Assembly: GCA_014905635.1 (NCBI GenBank)
Contig: JABVCE010000004.1
Location: forward strand, 1,240,001-1,304,000
Reading direction: 5' to 3'
From: Scenedesmus sp. PABB004
Taxonomy: Eukaryota
Length of the DNA stretch: 64,000 nt
The notes beneath the pieces are model-generated. The model saw only the letters and a list, made by a program, of their open reading frames with translations. It ran no database searches and was not told the DNA's origin. Shown here piece after piece: positions 24,577 to 36,510 of the stretch; within the stretch, counting starts at the first letter, position 1, and the number at the start of each line of letters is the position of its first letter. Position numbers and translations under genes: made by a program.

Positions 24577-25650
24577 AATTACGAGCGGCTCCCGCTGTCT
24601 GCGTCGGACGACGTGCTGCAGGGTGAGAGGCTCCGGACCCGGGCGGACACAGCGCGGCGGCCGGGCACGTGCGTCAACACGCGCACGGGCGCGCGGCAGC
24701 GCCGGTCACGCCACTGACGCCGGCCCGCCCGCCTGCCCGCAGCCGCCGCGGCGGTGCTGGACGCGGACGACATGGCGCGCCCGCCGCGCGGCGGCGCCGC
24801 CGGCCACGGCGCCAGCCCGTGCGTGGAGCTGTGCGGCAGCGGCGCCGGCAGCGTCGCGGAGGACGCGGGCGCGCGCGGCGGCGATGGAAGCGGCGGCGGC
24901 GGCGGGAGCGGCGGCGGCGACGCGGCGGCGGGCGCGCTGCGCGGTCGCGGCGGGTCGCGCGGCGGGCCCCCGCCCGCCGGCGACCTGGGCGGCGGCGGCG
25001 AGCTGGGTGGCAGCTGTGCGGACGGCTCGAGCATGACGGCCCGCCAGCGCCTGGCCGCGACCGCGGCGCTGTGGCCCTACATGCTGCCGCTCTTCTTGGT
25101 CTATGCTGCCGAGTACGCCATGCAGGCCGGCGCCTGGACCGCCATCGGTGGGTGGCCCCGCCGCGCTGCGGCCGCCCCGGGGGTGCGCTCGCCCACCGCC
25201 GGCCGCGCCGCAGGCTTCCCGGTCACGTCGGCCGAGGCGCGGCACGCGTTTTATGTCACGGCCAACTGGGCCTACCAAGCCGGCGTGTTCGTGTCGCGCA
25301 GCTCGGGCACGCTCTGGCAGGCGTCGCGGCGCGCGCTGATGGCGATGCCGCTGGCTCAGCTGGTCCTCTTGGCGCTGTTCTGCGCCAACGCGATCACGCA
25401 CACGTGGTGGGACTGGGGCCTGCTCGCGCCGTGCTTCGCTGCGGGGCTGCTCGGGGGCGCAGTGTACGTGAACGCCTTCACGCTGCTCGCAAAGGAGGCG
25501 GAGCCGCGCCTGCGCGAGTGGGCGCTGGCCACGGCCTGCGTCGCCGACTCGCTCGGCATCGCCGTCGCCGACGCGGCGGGCGTGCTCATCCAGGGCTGCC
25601 TCTTCCGGGCGCAGCACCTGTCGGGCGCCGCGTTCGCGTGCGGCGGCTGA
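23854..25650 (+). CDS. CLN3: CLN3/battenin (BTN1) lysosomal/vacuolar membrane protein
   Basis: FFLLGLLNNASYVIMIASANDI, GLGEAS, AWASGTGLAG, LWPYMLPLFLVYAAEY, YQAGVFVSRSS, GLLGGAVYVNAF, REWAL...ADSLGI. Confidence 0.92.
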
Positions 25651-25902
25651 ACCGCGCCGTTGACTGAACCGCGCGCAGACCGCGGCTCAGCCGGCCAGTC
25701 ACTCCCGTGGCGAGCAGCAGGGACGGACGACACGCGCGCGCGTGAGCACGGGGCGGCGGCGGCAGGCCGCAACAGCGGCGGCGGCAGCGCTCCGCGCGCC
25801 GCGCACAGCGCCGTCGGCGCGGCCCAGCAGCAGCTGGCGCGACGGCTGCAGTCTAGAGCGTGCGACCACACCGCGCCGTCGGCCGAGAACCAGCGGATCA
25901 CC

Positions 25903-28900
25903 ATGAGCCGCCAGCGCGAGCAGAAGCTGGCGGCCATCTACGACGCCTTCGACGCGCGCAACTACAAGGTGCGGCGGCTCCGGGTCGCAACACGCTCGTC
26001 GTGACCCCGGCAACGCGCAGAGGCCGCCCGCTCGGCGCGGCGGCGCCCGCCGCCGCCGCGGCCGCCGCCGCTCGAGCGCCGCTGCTCGCGCCGCGCCGTG
26101 GCGCCCAGGGCGTGATCAAGCTCTCCACCGCCGCGCTGGCCAAGCACCCGGACGTGCATGTGTTCAAGGCGCTCAAGGCGGTCGGCCTGGAGCGGACGGG
26201 CCGGCTGGACGAGGCGCTGCAGGTGCGGCGGCGTTCGCAGTGCGCGCCGGCCGCGCCGCCGCGCGCGCCGCCCCACCACGCCGCGCCGCGCCGCGCCGCG
26301 CCGCGCCAGCTGACGGACGAGGTGCTGGCGGCGGCGCCGCCGGACGGCCACGTGCTCAACATGCTGCTGCTGGTGCTGAAGCCGGCTGGGCGCCCCGAGG
26401 CGCTGCTGCCGGCGTACGAAGCGGCGTGCGCCAAGGACCCCGGCAGCGACGAGCTGCTGCAGGGCCTCTTTGCCTGCCACGTCAGGTGGGGCACCGCGCG
26501 GCGGCGACGGGGCGCGGGGCGCGGGCGGGCGGCGCGAGAGCGCGCGCGGGCGGGGGCGCGGGCGCGGAGCCGCCGCTTCCGCCGTCTCGTGCGCAGGGCG
26601 TTTGCGTTCCGCGAGCAGCAGGCGGCGGCGATGCGCCTGTACAAGCAGCACCCCACGCCGCTCTACCAGTGGTGGGTGGTGGTCAGCCTCGCGCTGCAGG
26701 TGCACGCGGCGGCGGTGGCCGCGGCCCTCGCGGCGCCGCCGGGCGGCGACGGCGGCGACGGCGACGCAGCGGCGCCGCCGCCGGCGGGCCTGGGCGCCGA
26801 CAAGCTACTGCAGCTGGCGGAGGCCATGGCGGCGCGGCTGCTGGCCAAGGAGAGCAGCTGGGAGGCGGTCATGCTGTACCTGGGGCTGCTGCAGGCGCAG
26901 GTGGGCCGGGGCCGCGCGTGCGCGGCGCGGCAGGCGGTCGGCGGGGCGGCCGGCGGCGCGCCCGCGCGGCCGCCCACACATCCGCCCCCGCGCGGTCGCG
27001 CGCAGGGCAAGCACGACGTGGCGCTGGCGGCGCTGCGCGGCCCGCTAGGGGGCGCCATTTCGCTCGCTGCGGAGCGGCGCGAGGCCGAGGCGGCGCTGCT
27101 GCTGGCCAAGCGCGACCTGCCTGCGGCGGCGGAGCTCTACGCCGCGGCGCTGCAGGAGCAGCCGGACGACTGGGCGTCGCTGCTGCTCCTCCTCGACTGC
27201 GTGCTGCCGGGCACCGCGGCGAGCCGGCCCGCCATCACGAGCGCGGGCGTCGCGCAGATGCTGACCGGCGTGGAGGCGTGCACGCAGCCGGGCGCGCACG
27301 TCGGCGGGCTCGAGGCGCTGCTCGCGGACATGGCGCCGCCGGGTGCGGGCCAGGGCAGGAGCCGCGCGCGCGCACACACATGAGGCGCCCGCCCGCGCCA
27401 GCGCGCTCCGCGACGGGCGCGCTCTGACGGCGCCCTGACGGCGCCGCCCGCGCCCGCGCCCGCGCCCGACCAGGCGAGCCCGCCGGCCCCAGCGTCGAGG
27501 AGCGCCTGCGCGCGGCCGAGGCGGCCGTCGCGGCGCTGCCGGCCAGTGCGCCGGGCGGCGCCGCCAGCAAGCCCGCGCCGCTGCTGCGCGGCCCGGCGCT
27601 CGCAGCGGTCGAGCTCGCCAAGCGCCGGTTGCAGCTGGGGCTCGCCGACCAGCAGGCGCTGGCGGACGCGCTGCTGAGCTACCACGAGCGGTGCGGCGGG
27701 CGGCGGCGGGCGGCCCGCCGCGCGCGCGCCAGGCGGCGCCCTTGCGGCCGACGCGTGCACGCGCCCGCCGCAGGCTGGGGCACGTGATGAGCTGCGCAAT
27801 GGACGTGCGGGGCTACCTGCCGCTGCTGACCGGGGAGCGCCGCGCCGCGCTCGCGGCGGCGCTGGGCGAGCGCGCCGACGGCGCGGCGGCGGAGCTCGCG
27901 GGCGCGGGGCCGCCGCGCGCGGGCGACCGGGCGCAGGAGCGGCTGCTGCGCCGCCAGATGGCCGCGCTGCAGGTCGGGACCGCGGCACGCGCACGGCCGC
28001 TGCTGCTAGCAGCTGCGCGCGCGCCTGCGCAGAGGGCCCCTTCCCCGCTCACCCCGCTGCCCGCCGCCACCCTTCCCCTGCCTCCCTCTGCCCCCGCCTC
28101 CCCGCGTGCCCCTCCGGCGCGCGACCAGATCCAGGCCGACCTGGGCGGCCCGCCGCTCGCCGACGCGGGCGCGGCCGCGGCGGCCGGCGGCGCGCTGCTC
28201 GCGCGCTACGCTGCCGCGGCGCCGATGTACGGCGGCCTCGACGCGCGCGAGCGCGGCCCCGCGGACGAGCTGCTCGCGCTGTCCGCGGGCGCGCTCGTGC
28301 GCGGCGCGGCGCTCGCGGCCGGCCCGCGCGCGGCGCTGTGCTGCGTGCTGCGCGCCGCGCTCGCGCTCGAGGCGGGCGTGGTGCGGCGCCCCGTGTGCGC
28401 GCCGGCGCGGCTCGGGCTCGCCGCGCTGCACGGCCTCGGCCTCGGCGACGCGGCCGCCGCGGCGGGCCACTTTGCCGCGCTCGATGTCAAGCACATCCAG
28501 CACGACACGCTCTCCAGCCACCACCTGCTGCCCGTCCTGCTCGGCCTCGCCGACACCGCGCGCGCCGACGCGCTGCTGGGCGCGAGCGTCGCACTCGTGG
28601 AGGACCACCTGCGCGACGCGGGCGACACGCTGACCGCGGCGCTCAAGGCCGGCACGCACACCAAGGCCCTGGAGTTTGCCTGCTTCAAGGAGCGCCTGCA
28701 GCGCTCGCACAGCTACGTGCTCGCGCGCGCGGAGGCCGCGCTGCGCGGCGCGGCGGCCGCCGCCGCAACGGCGGCCGCCGCCGCAACGGCCGCCGCCGCC
28801 GGCGGCGAGCCGGGCGCCGCCGGCGCGGCGGCCGCGGCGGCCGCGGCGGCCGCGCCGCTCGCGCTGCTGGGCGCCGCCGACTGGCGGGGCATGCGCTTCA

Positions 28901-30245
28901 ACGACGACCTCACCACACGCCCGCCCTGGCTGCCGCCCATCCGGGGGCCGCGCCACCTCGCGGTGCTGCTGTGGTGGGAGCAGCTCGGGAGCGGCGGCGC
29001 CGGCGGCGCCGGCGCCGCCGCCGACGAGGGCTGCTGGTGGCAGCAGGTCGCCGCAGCCGAGGCGGACCTGCCGGCGGCAGCGGCGCTGCGCGCGAGCACC
29101 AAGGCGGCCGCGGCGCAGCGCTGGCTGCTGCCGCACCTGCTCGCGGCTGCGCTGCGCGGCGGCGGCGCCGGCGCGGTGCAGCAGCAGCAGCAGCAGCAGC
29201 AGCAGGCGCCCGCCCCGGGCGTCGCCGCGCTGCTGCCGCGCTACGCCGAGGCGCTCCGCACCAGCCCGGCGGGCCTCGAGTCGGAGTTGGCCGCCTGCTT
29301 CGCGGCCCAGCAGGCCGCCGACGGCAGCGGCGGCGGCGCGCCCGCGTCGCGCCAGCTGCAGCTGCTGCAGGCGGCGCTGTTCTCGCTGGCGGCGCCGGTA
29401 CAGGTGGGCGGCGCCGGCGGCACGCGCGCGCGCACGCGCTGCTGCGCGCGCACGCGCTCAGCCGCCCCGCGCGCACGCCCGGCCGAGCGCAGGAGCTGCT
29501 GGATGCCGCGCACCCCTCGGACGCCGCGGCGGCGGGCGCCAGCGAAGCCGCGGCGGCGGCGGCCTCGCTCGTCGCCGCGCGCGCGCAGCGGCTGGCGGCC
29601 GGCGTCGCGCAGCTGCAGCGGCTGCTGTGCGCGGCGCTGCGGCCGGGCGGCGCCGTCGCGGACGTGCTGCTGCCGGGGCACGCGCTGTCGCTGGCCCACC
29701 TGCTGCTCGACGAGGGCTTGTCCTGGGTGGCGCTCTGCCTCGAGGTGCGCGGCCGCGGGGCCGCGCACGCCCCGGGGCGCCGCGCGCAGCCGCGTGGGCT
29801 GCCGCTCACGCTCACGCGCCGCCGCCACCGCCGCCGCCGCCACTGCTGCCGCCAGGCCTGGTCGCGCAGCGTCAGGGCCGGCCGCAGCAAGCGCAAGGCC
29901 AAGCGCGCGGGGGGCGCGCAGCCGCCCGCGCCCGGCCCGCCCGAGGAGGCGCTCGCTCCCGCGCTGGCGGCGCTCGGCGGCCTGCAGGCGAGCCTGGCCG
30001 CCGCCTGCGAGGCCGTGGCGTCGGCGGCGGCCGCGCACGCCGCGGCGCAGGCGGGGCCGGGCGCGGCGGAGGCGGTCCTGGCGGAGCTCGGCGCCGGGGA
30101 GGTCGAGGCGCTCGTCGGCTGGGAGCCGCGCTGCGACGCGGTGGCCGTGCTGCGCGGCTCGCTCGCGGCGCAGCGTGGCGCGCTGACGGCGGCTGCCGAG
30201 GCGGCGGGGCGGCTCGCGGCGCGCGCCGCGCGCGTGGCGTGGTGA
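25903..30245 (+). CDS. NAA25: NatB N-acetyltransferase auxiliary subunit (NAA25/MDM20)
   Basis: KLAAIYDAFDARNYK, KALKAVGLERTGR, FREQQAAAMRLYK, LLQLAEAM, QPDDW, LDVKHIQHDTLSSH, FKERLQRS. Confidence 0.9.
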
Positions 30246-30396
30246 CGCGGTGTGCTGGGCAGCGCCGCTGGCGCACTCGTGCGCGCGTTGCAACGTCAAC
30301 TCGACGCAAGGGTCGTACGCGATGAATGCTCCCCGCCGCCCTCCCGCTCGCTCCCCGCCGCCCGTGCCGAGGCTGGCTCCCATGCCGAACCTGGCG

Positions 30397-31181
30397 TCAG
30401 TGCCGCGCCGCGCGCCGCTTGCGCGGCGGGGGCTTTGCGTAGCGGTGGAGCGCGCCCTCCAGGCTCGCCACGGCGCGGTCGAGGGCCTCGTGCAGCCCCG
30501 CGCCGCGCGCGCGCGCCTTGAGCACGCCCATGCGGAGCAGCGTGGCGTGGAGCGCGCAGTTCGTGTGCGCCGGGCGGAGCGCGATGGCGACCTCGGTGTT
30601 CCTGCGGCGCAGCGCGGGCGCCGGTGGGCCGCGCGGCGCCGGCGTGCGACGGCGCCGGTGCGTGCTGCGCCCCCCTATCCAGGACAGGCCTGCCTGCCAG
30701 CCGCGCACATGAGGCGCACGTCGACGTCCGCCACACCGCCCTCGCCCTCCACAAAGCGCGCGCCACGCAGCTTGTCCAGCACGGGCGCGAGCCACGCGCG
30801 CACGGCCGCCTCGAGCGGCGGAGTGATCTGGCGCGACGTGCGCCGGCGGTGGGCCGGCGCGCTCTGCCGCGCGGGCTGCCCGTCTCAGGCAGCCGCGCAC
30901 CGTGACGTGGCGGCCGTGAATGGAGAAGCGCGCCGGCGCGTCGGCGGCGGCGGCGCCGCCGCGCTGCCGGGCCTTCGTGGCGGCGTGCGTCGCGCGGACG
31001 CGCGCCCTGGCCAGCACCCCATGGGGTGTGCGTGGCAGCGGCAGCAGCGCGCGCGGTCGGCGCCGTGCGCCGCCGCGGCGCGCCGGCCTGGTGTGCCCAA
31101 CGCGCGCCGACACCGCGCACGACACCACACGGGCGCGCGCAACCCCTGGCGCCGCACCTGCGGCGCCAGGCGTGCGTGCAT
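30397..31181 (-). CDS. Ribosome hibernation factor HPF/PSRP1 (S30AE)-like protein; start uncertain
   Basis: Spliced core reads FSIHGRHVT|ITPPLEAAVRAWLAPVLDKL...ADVDVRLM|...LHATLLRMGVLKARARGAGLHEALDRAVASLEGALHRY. The two core introns are GT-AG and keep frame. Confidence 0.65.
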
Positions 31182-31540
31182 GCTGCGCGCGTCGCGGCGG
31201 CGTGCTGGGGCGTCACGGCGGCGTGTGTGCCCGCGCTGGGGGCCTGATCTAATCATGCCCGGCGCGAAGCGCGGCGCGGCGCCGCAGAACGCGAAGCTCG
31301 CCAGGTGGTTCTAACACTGAAGCGCGGCGGCGCCGCTGCTGCGCGCCACTCGAGCTGGCGGCCCCTCGCGCCTCGCCACACCACCGCGGCTGAGGCCCTG
31401 CGCCTCCCGAGCGCGTGTGAACGGGTGTGCTCAGCCCGCGCGCCCGCGCAGCAGCAGTCGCGCCTGCCGGCCGCGCAGCAGCAGTCGCGCCAGACGCGCC
31501 CGCGCGCCGTCCCCGGCGGCCCGGAGCAGCCGCGGCAGCC

Positions 31541-33114
31541 ATGGCCAGCCACTCGCTGCCCCGCGGCGCGGCCGGCACGGCGCCCGCGCGCCGGGCGGCG
31601 TCGCGGCCGGCCCGCCCCGCGCCGCCCCGGGCGCTCGCGAGGCGCTGCGCCGCGGGCGGCGCGCCCGGGGCGGCCGCCTACTCGAGCGGAGCACCCCAGC
31701 AGCGCCGGGAGCTGACGCAGCAGCGGGGCGCGCTCGCGCTGTCCTGCACCGACCGCGCGCCGGCAGCAGACCTGCTCGCCAGCTTCCCCAGGGCCGCCCT
31801 GGGCCTGGGCGGGCCGAAGAAGCTGAGGATCGCCGTGGACGTGGACGAGGGTGCGGCGCCGGGGGCGCCGCGGCGCCCGGGCGGCGCGCGCAACAACAGA
31901 TTGGTTCGCCCATCGCGGGCGCCCGGCCCTGGCGCGGCGCGGCCGCCTCACGCGCCGCCCGCCCGGCCCCGGGGCTCCCCGCAGTGCTGGGGCGCTTCGT
32001 GTACGCGCTCAATGCGTTCTGCAAGGACGCGTACGGCATGGACTATGCCGTCTCAGACTACTGGGTCTACGAGTTTGCCAAGGCACGCCCCGCCCCCACG
32101 CCCGGGGCGCCGCCCCGGGACGCCCGGGCCCGCCGCCACGCACACCGCGCGCCGGCGCGGCGCCGGCCGGGCCCGCGGCTAACAGCCGCCGCTCGGCCCG
32201 CGCCGCCGCTGCTGCCGCGACTGCGCTGCCGCCGCAGATCTGGCGCTGCGACCAGGATCGCTCAAACTTCATCGTGCACGAGTTCTTCAAGTCGGACCAC
32301 TTCAACGACGGCATCCCCATCATCCCAGGTGCGCGCGGCCGCAGTTGCAGTCGGTGCCGCCGGGCAGCGTCGTCGGCGCGCGCCGACGGCGGCGCAGCGG
32401 CGGCCAGGCGGGCGCCCGACGCCGCCGCGCCCGCCGCGGCCGCGTCGAACCCCCGGCGCAGACGCGTTTGAGACGCTCAGCCGGTTGGCGCAGCACTGCG
32501 AGCTCGTGGTCGTGACGTCGCGGCAGCACGTCATCCAGGACGTCACGCTCGAGTGGCTCGACCGCCACTACCCGGGCCTCTTCACCGAAGTCTACTTTGG
32601 AAACCACTTTGCGCTGCAGGGCGCGAGCCGCAAAAAGTCCGACATCTGCAAGTGCGCGCGCGGCCGCGCCTGCGGCGCTGCGGGCGGCGGGCGGCGCGCC
32701 GGCGCCCCCGCGCGCGCGCGCGCGCGGCGGCGGCGGCCGACGCGCGTGCGTCCGCGCCCCTGCGCTGCGCAGGACGATCGACGCGCACGTGCTGATCGAC
32801 GACAACGTCGGCTACGCGATGGACTGCGCCGACGCGGGCATCAACGTGCTGCTGTACGACTGGGAGGACAGCTACCCCTGGAGCAAGCTGCCCAGCGGGT
32901 GCGGCGCAGCGCGGCGCGCGCGTGACGGCTGCGGCGCGCGGCGCGGCGCGCGGCGCGGCGCGCGGCGCGGCGCGGCGCGGCGCGGGGGCGGGGCGCTGAG
33001 CAGGCGCCGCCGCCCGCGCCGCGCAGGTTCTCGCACCCGCGCATCCGGGTCGTGCGCAGCTGGCAGGAGGCGGAGGCCGCGATACTGGCGCTGGCGGCCG
33101 TGGAGGCGGCGTGA
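31541..33114 (+). CDS. HAD-superfamily 5'(3')-deoxyribonucleotidase (NT5C)-like protein with transit peptide
   Basis: RIAVDVDEVL (motif I), LVVVTSRQ (II), KKSDIC (III), VLIDDN (IV), RVVRSW; six exons. Confidence 0.88.
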
Positions 33115-33589
33115 CGCCGCGGCGGCAGAGGCGGCAGAGGCAGCAGCAGAAGAAGCAGCAGCAGCACGGGGCGCACGGAGCGGCCGCCGCCGCGCTGGCG
33201 CGCCGCCCTCCGGCGCCCCACACACCTAGGCAGGCTCCCCGGCGCGCGCGGGCGCGGCGCTGCCGCAGCGGCTGCAGCGCGCGCGACCCGCACGGGGTGG
33301 ATCGGGGACGGGATGGGGTGATCGGGCTGGGGGTAGTTGTGCAGACGGCAGGGGCCCGGCGGGACGGCGCGCGGGCGGGCGCGCCGCGCTGGCGCCGCTG
33401 CGCCCGGCCGGCCGGCCCTCCCGGGGGGCGCCGCGCTGCGGCGCGGCCAACGTGTACACTAGTCGTCCCCTTGACCCGACGTGTGCGGGCAGGATTCGTG
33501 CACTGCGTTGCTGGACTATTTTTGCGCGCGCCCGCGCCGGGGGTTCCGCCATCGTGTGCCCCCGGCCGCGCGCGCGCGCGCTCGCAGGC

Positions 33590-33678
33590 GGCCGGCCCGC
33601 CGCGCCGCGCACAGTGCGTGCGCGGGCGGCGGCCGGCCCGCCGCGCCGCGCACAGTGCGTGCGCGGGCGGCGGCCGGC
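33590..33678. repeat. 41-nt exact tandem duplication in an intergenic region
   Basis: GGCCGGCCCGCCGCGCCGCGCACAGTGCGTGCGCGGGCGGC at 33590-33630 and 33631-33671, plus a partial third copy. Confidence 0.9.
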
Positions 33679-34303
33679 GCTGCGTGCGCTTTGCACTCCC
33701 AGCCGCCCCGTTGCGGGCGCTGGCGATCTGAGCCGCCACCTCGCGCCCGCCGTCGCTGCGGCAGAGCGCCGGCGGGGCGGCCTTGCGAACTTGCGGCTCT
33801 CGGCGCAGCTCTCGGCGCAGCGGCGACCCCTCCACCTTCGCCGTCGCCCCCGGGACCGCGCCATCTGGGCGGCCCGCGGCGCGACAGCGGTGCTGCAACT
33901 CAGCAGTCGCGCAGCCGACGGCGCGGGGTTCTCCGTCGGTGTCACGGCAGTGCCGCAGCAGCTCCCAGCGACCCAGCCTGGCCGGGACACCCGCAGCGCC
34001 CGCCCGCAGCGCGCCACGCCGCCCGCAGCGCGCGATCCTGCCCGCCGCCGCTCGGCAGCGCCCGCCAGCTGCCGCCGCCGCACGCCGCGTCGGCGCCGCT
34101 CGACAGCGTGCCCCGGGTGACGTTCTTGAGTGGAGGGCAGTGGCCACGTGCGGCTCGCGGCGCGCCTGGAGCCGCGGGCGGGCTGCTGCGCGGAGCAGCG
34201 CGCATCATAGATGGGCGCTTTCCCTCACCCGCGGCCCCAGCCGGGCGGCCCCGGCCGGCCATAGCGCTGAAGGAGGGCCAGGCGGGCCGGAACGAGCCGC
34301 GCC

Positions 34304-36074
34304 ATGCCCAGCTGGACGGCGGCCGGCTGCGCCGCGGCAGCGTGGCAGCAGGTGCCGCCTGCTCCGCCAGATGCCGCGGCGCTGGCGTTCGCGCTGCCGC
34401 CGCCGACGGCGCGGCGGCGGCGCCTGAACCCCCTGAGCCAGCGCGGGGGCCGTGCTGCGGCGCCGCTGCTGCTGGCGTCGCTCACAACCGCCAGCAGCGC
34501 GGCGGCGTGGGGCGCGGCACCGCAGCAGGACGGCGCCGGCGGCGCGCGGCCGCGCGGCGGCCTGCTCGGCACGCGGCCGGCGCCGCGGCAGCGGCAGCAG
34601 TCGGAGCGGCAGCACCAGGAGCAGCAGCAGCAGCAGCAGCAGGAGGAGGAGGAGGCGAGCGAACGACGGCGGCCACGCCACGCCGAGCAGCAGCAGCCTC
34701 AGCAGCAGCACGGCGGCGGGCTGCCGGGCCTGCTCGCGGCGTTTGCGCAGGGCAAGCTGCTGCTCGCGGGCGCGATGGCCGCGGTGGTGTCGCGCACCGC
34801 GATGGCGCCGCTGGAGCGCGTGAAGATGGACCTGCTGCTCAAGGCCAGCAACCGCTCCGCGCTCGCGACCGCGGCGTGGGTGCTCGAGCGCGAGGGCATC
34901 GGGGGGTTCTGGAAGGGCAACGGCCTCAACCTGCTGCGCACCGCGCCATTCAAGGCGCGCGGCGGCGCGCAGCGGCCCGGGGCCAGCGGGCGCGCGCCGC
35001 GGCGCCGGCGCCGCCCGCTCGGCCCACAAGGCCGCCGCGCGGCCGCCCGCCCGCCCCGCAGGCACTGAACTTCTTTTCCTTTGACGTGTATAGCAAGCTC
35101 CTCGCCGGCATCACGGCCGACGGCAACAACTCGGCGCGCTTCCTGGCGGGCGCCATGGCGGGTGCGCGGCGCGACGCGGCGCGTGGCGGCCGCCCAGGCG
35201 CCCCCCCCCCTCCCGCAGCCGCCCGCCGACGCTCCGCCCCGCCGCGCCGCCCCAGGCATCACCGCTACGCTCGTGTGCTTCCCGCTGGACGTGCTGCGCA
35301 CGCGCCTCATGGCGCCGTTTGGCCACAACTACGGCGGCCCGCTGCGCACGCTGCAGGGCATGGCGCGCCACGAGGGCCTCGGCGCCCTCTACGCAGGTAC
35401 AGCGCCGCCGCCGCGCCGCGCCGCGCCGCGCCGCGCCGCGCCGCGCCGCCGCTCGCGTGCCGCGCCGCCCGCGCCCGCGCCGCACCCCCCGCGCCCGCGC
35501 CGCGTTGACGCCGCGCGCGCGCCTCCCGCGCGCCTCCCCAGGCTGCGTGCCCGCGGTGATCGGCATGGCCCCGAGCGGCGCCGTGTTTTACGGCGTGTAC
35601 GACCTGCTCAAGACGCGGCACCTCGCCGGCGGCGCGCACGGCGGCGAGCTGCCCGTGCCGTACACGCTGCTCTACGGCGCGCTCGCGGGCGCGGCGGCAG
35701 AGTCGATCCTGTACCCGCTGGAGGTCGTGCGGCGCAAGATGCAGCTGCAGAGCATGGCCGCCGCGGGCGCGGCGGCCGCCGCGGCGGCGCGGCCGCCGCC
35801 GGGCGGCGGCTCGCCGCTGCCCGGCGCCGCGGCGGCGGCCGCGCTGCGCGGGCACGCGCTCAAGGCCGCGGGCGGCGCGCTCGCGCCCGGCGGCGCCGGC
35901 GCCGGCGCCGGCGCGGCGGCGCGCATCGCGGCCGCGTGCGCCGCCATCCTGCGCGCCGACGGCGCGGGCGGCTTCTACGCCGGCCTGCTGCCCAACATGC
36001 TGCAGGTCCTGCCCAGCGCGGCGCTGAGCTACGGGACGTACGAGGGCATGAAGTCCGCGCTCGGCGCGGTGTAG
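34304..36074 (+). CDS. Mitochondrial carrier family adenine nucleotide transporter (BT1/BTL3-like)
   Basis: Three carrier signatures (APLERVKM, FPLDVLRTRL, YPLEVVRRKMQ) plus GFWKGNGLNLLRTAPFKALNF. Confidence 0.88.
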
Positions 36075-36510
36075 CAGCGGCAGGCCGGGCGCGGCGCGGG
36101 GCCGCAGAGATGCGGCGCGGCGGCGCGCAGCTGCTGTCACGGCGCGGTTGCGGGGCGCGAGTTGCGCGGCGCGACCATTGGGGGGGGGGGCTGTCTGCCG
36201 CGGCCGGGCGTCGCATGCGCGGCGGCGCGGGCTGGGCGCTGAGCACTGCTCGCAGGAGGCGGTCAGCGGTGTTTTGGTGCGATGGGTTGGCGGCTGGGAC
36301 GGCGCGCCAGCATGCGCTGGTGCGCGTGCAAGCGATATCGGTGCTCGCGTCAATCCGTTACGTGCCCCGAGCCCCGCCGCCCCACGCTGCAGCCCGCACC
36401 TGCCCCACCCACACACAGCCCCACGCGCTCGCCGCAGCGCCCCCGCGCCGTCCGCTGCGCCTGCAGCGGCCGGCGCGGCCGCGCCGCGCGCCGCGCGCCG
36501 CGGCCGCCGC

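Noticed and set aside
33490..33530. Sm-site-like TATTTTTG as an snRNA
   Set aside because: No U1, U2, U4 or U5 hallmark sequence is nearby; probably UTR or intergenic sequence.
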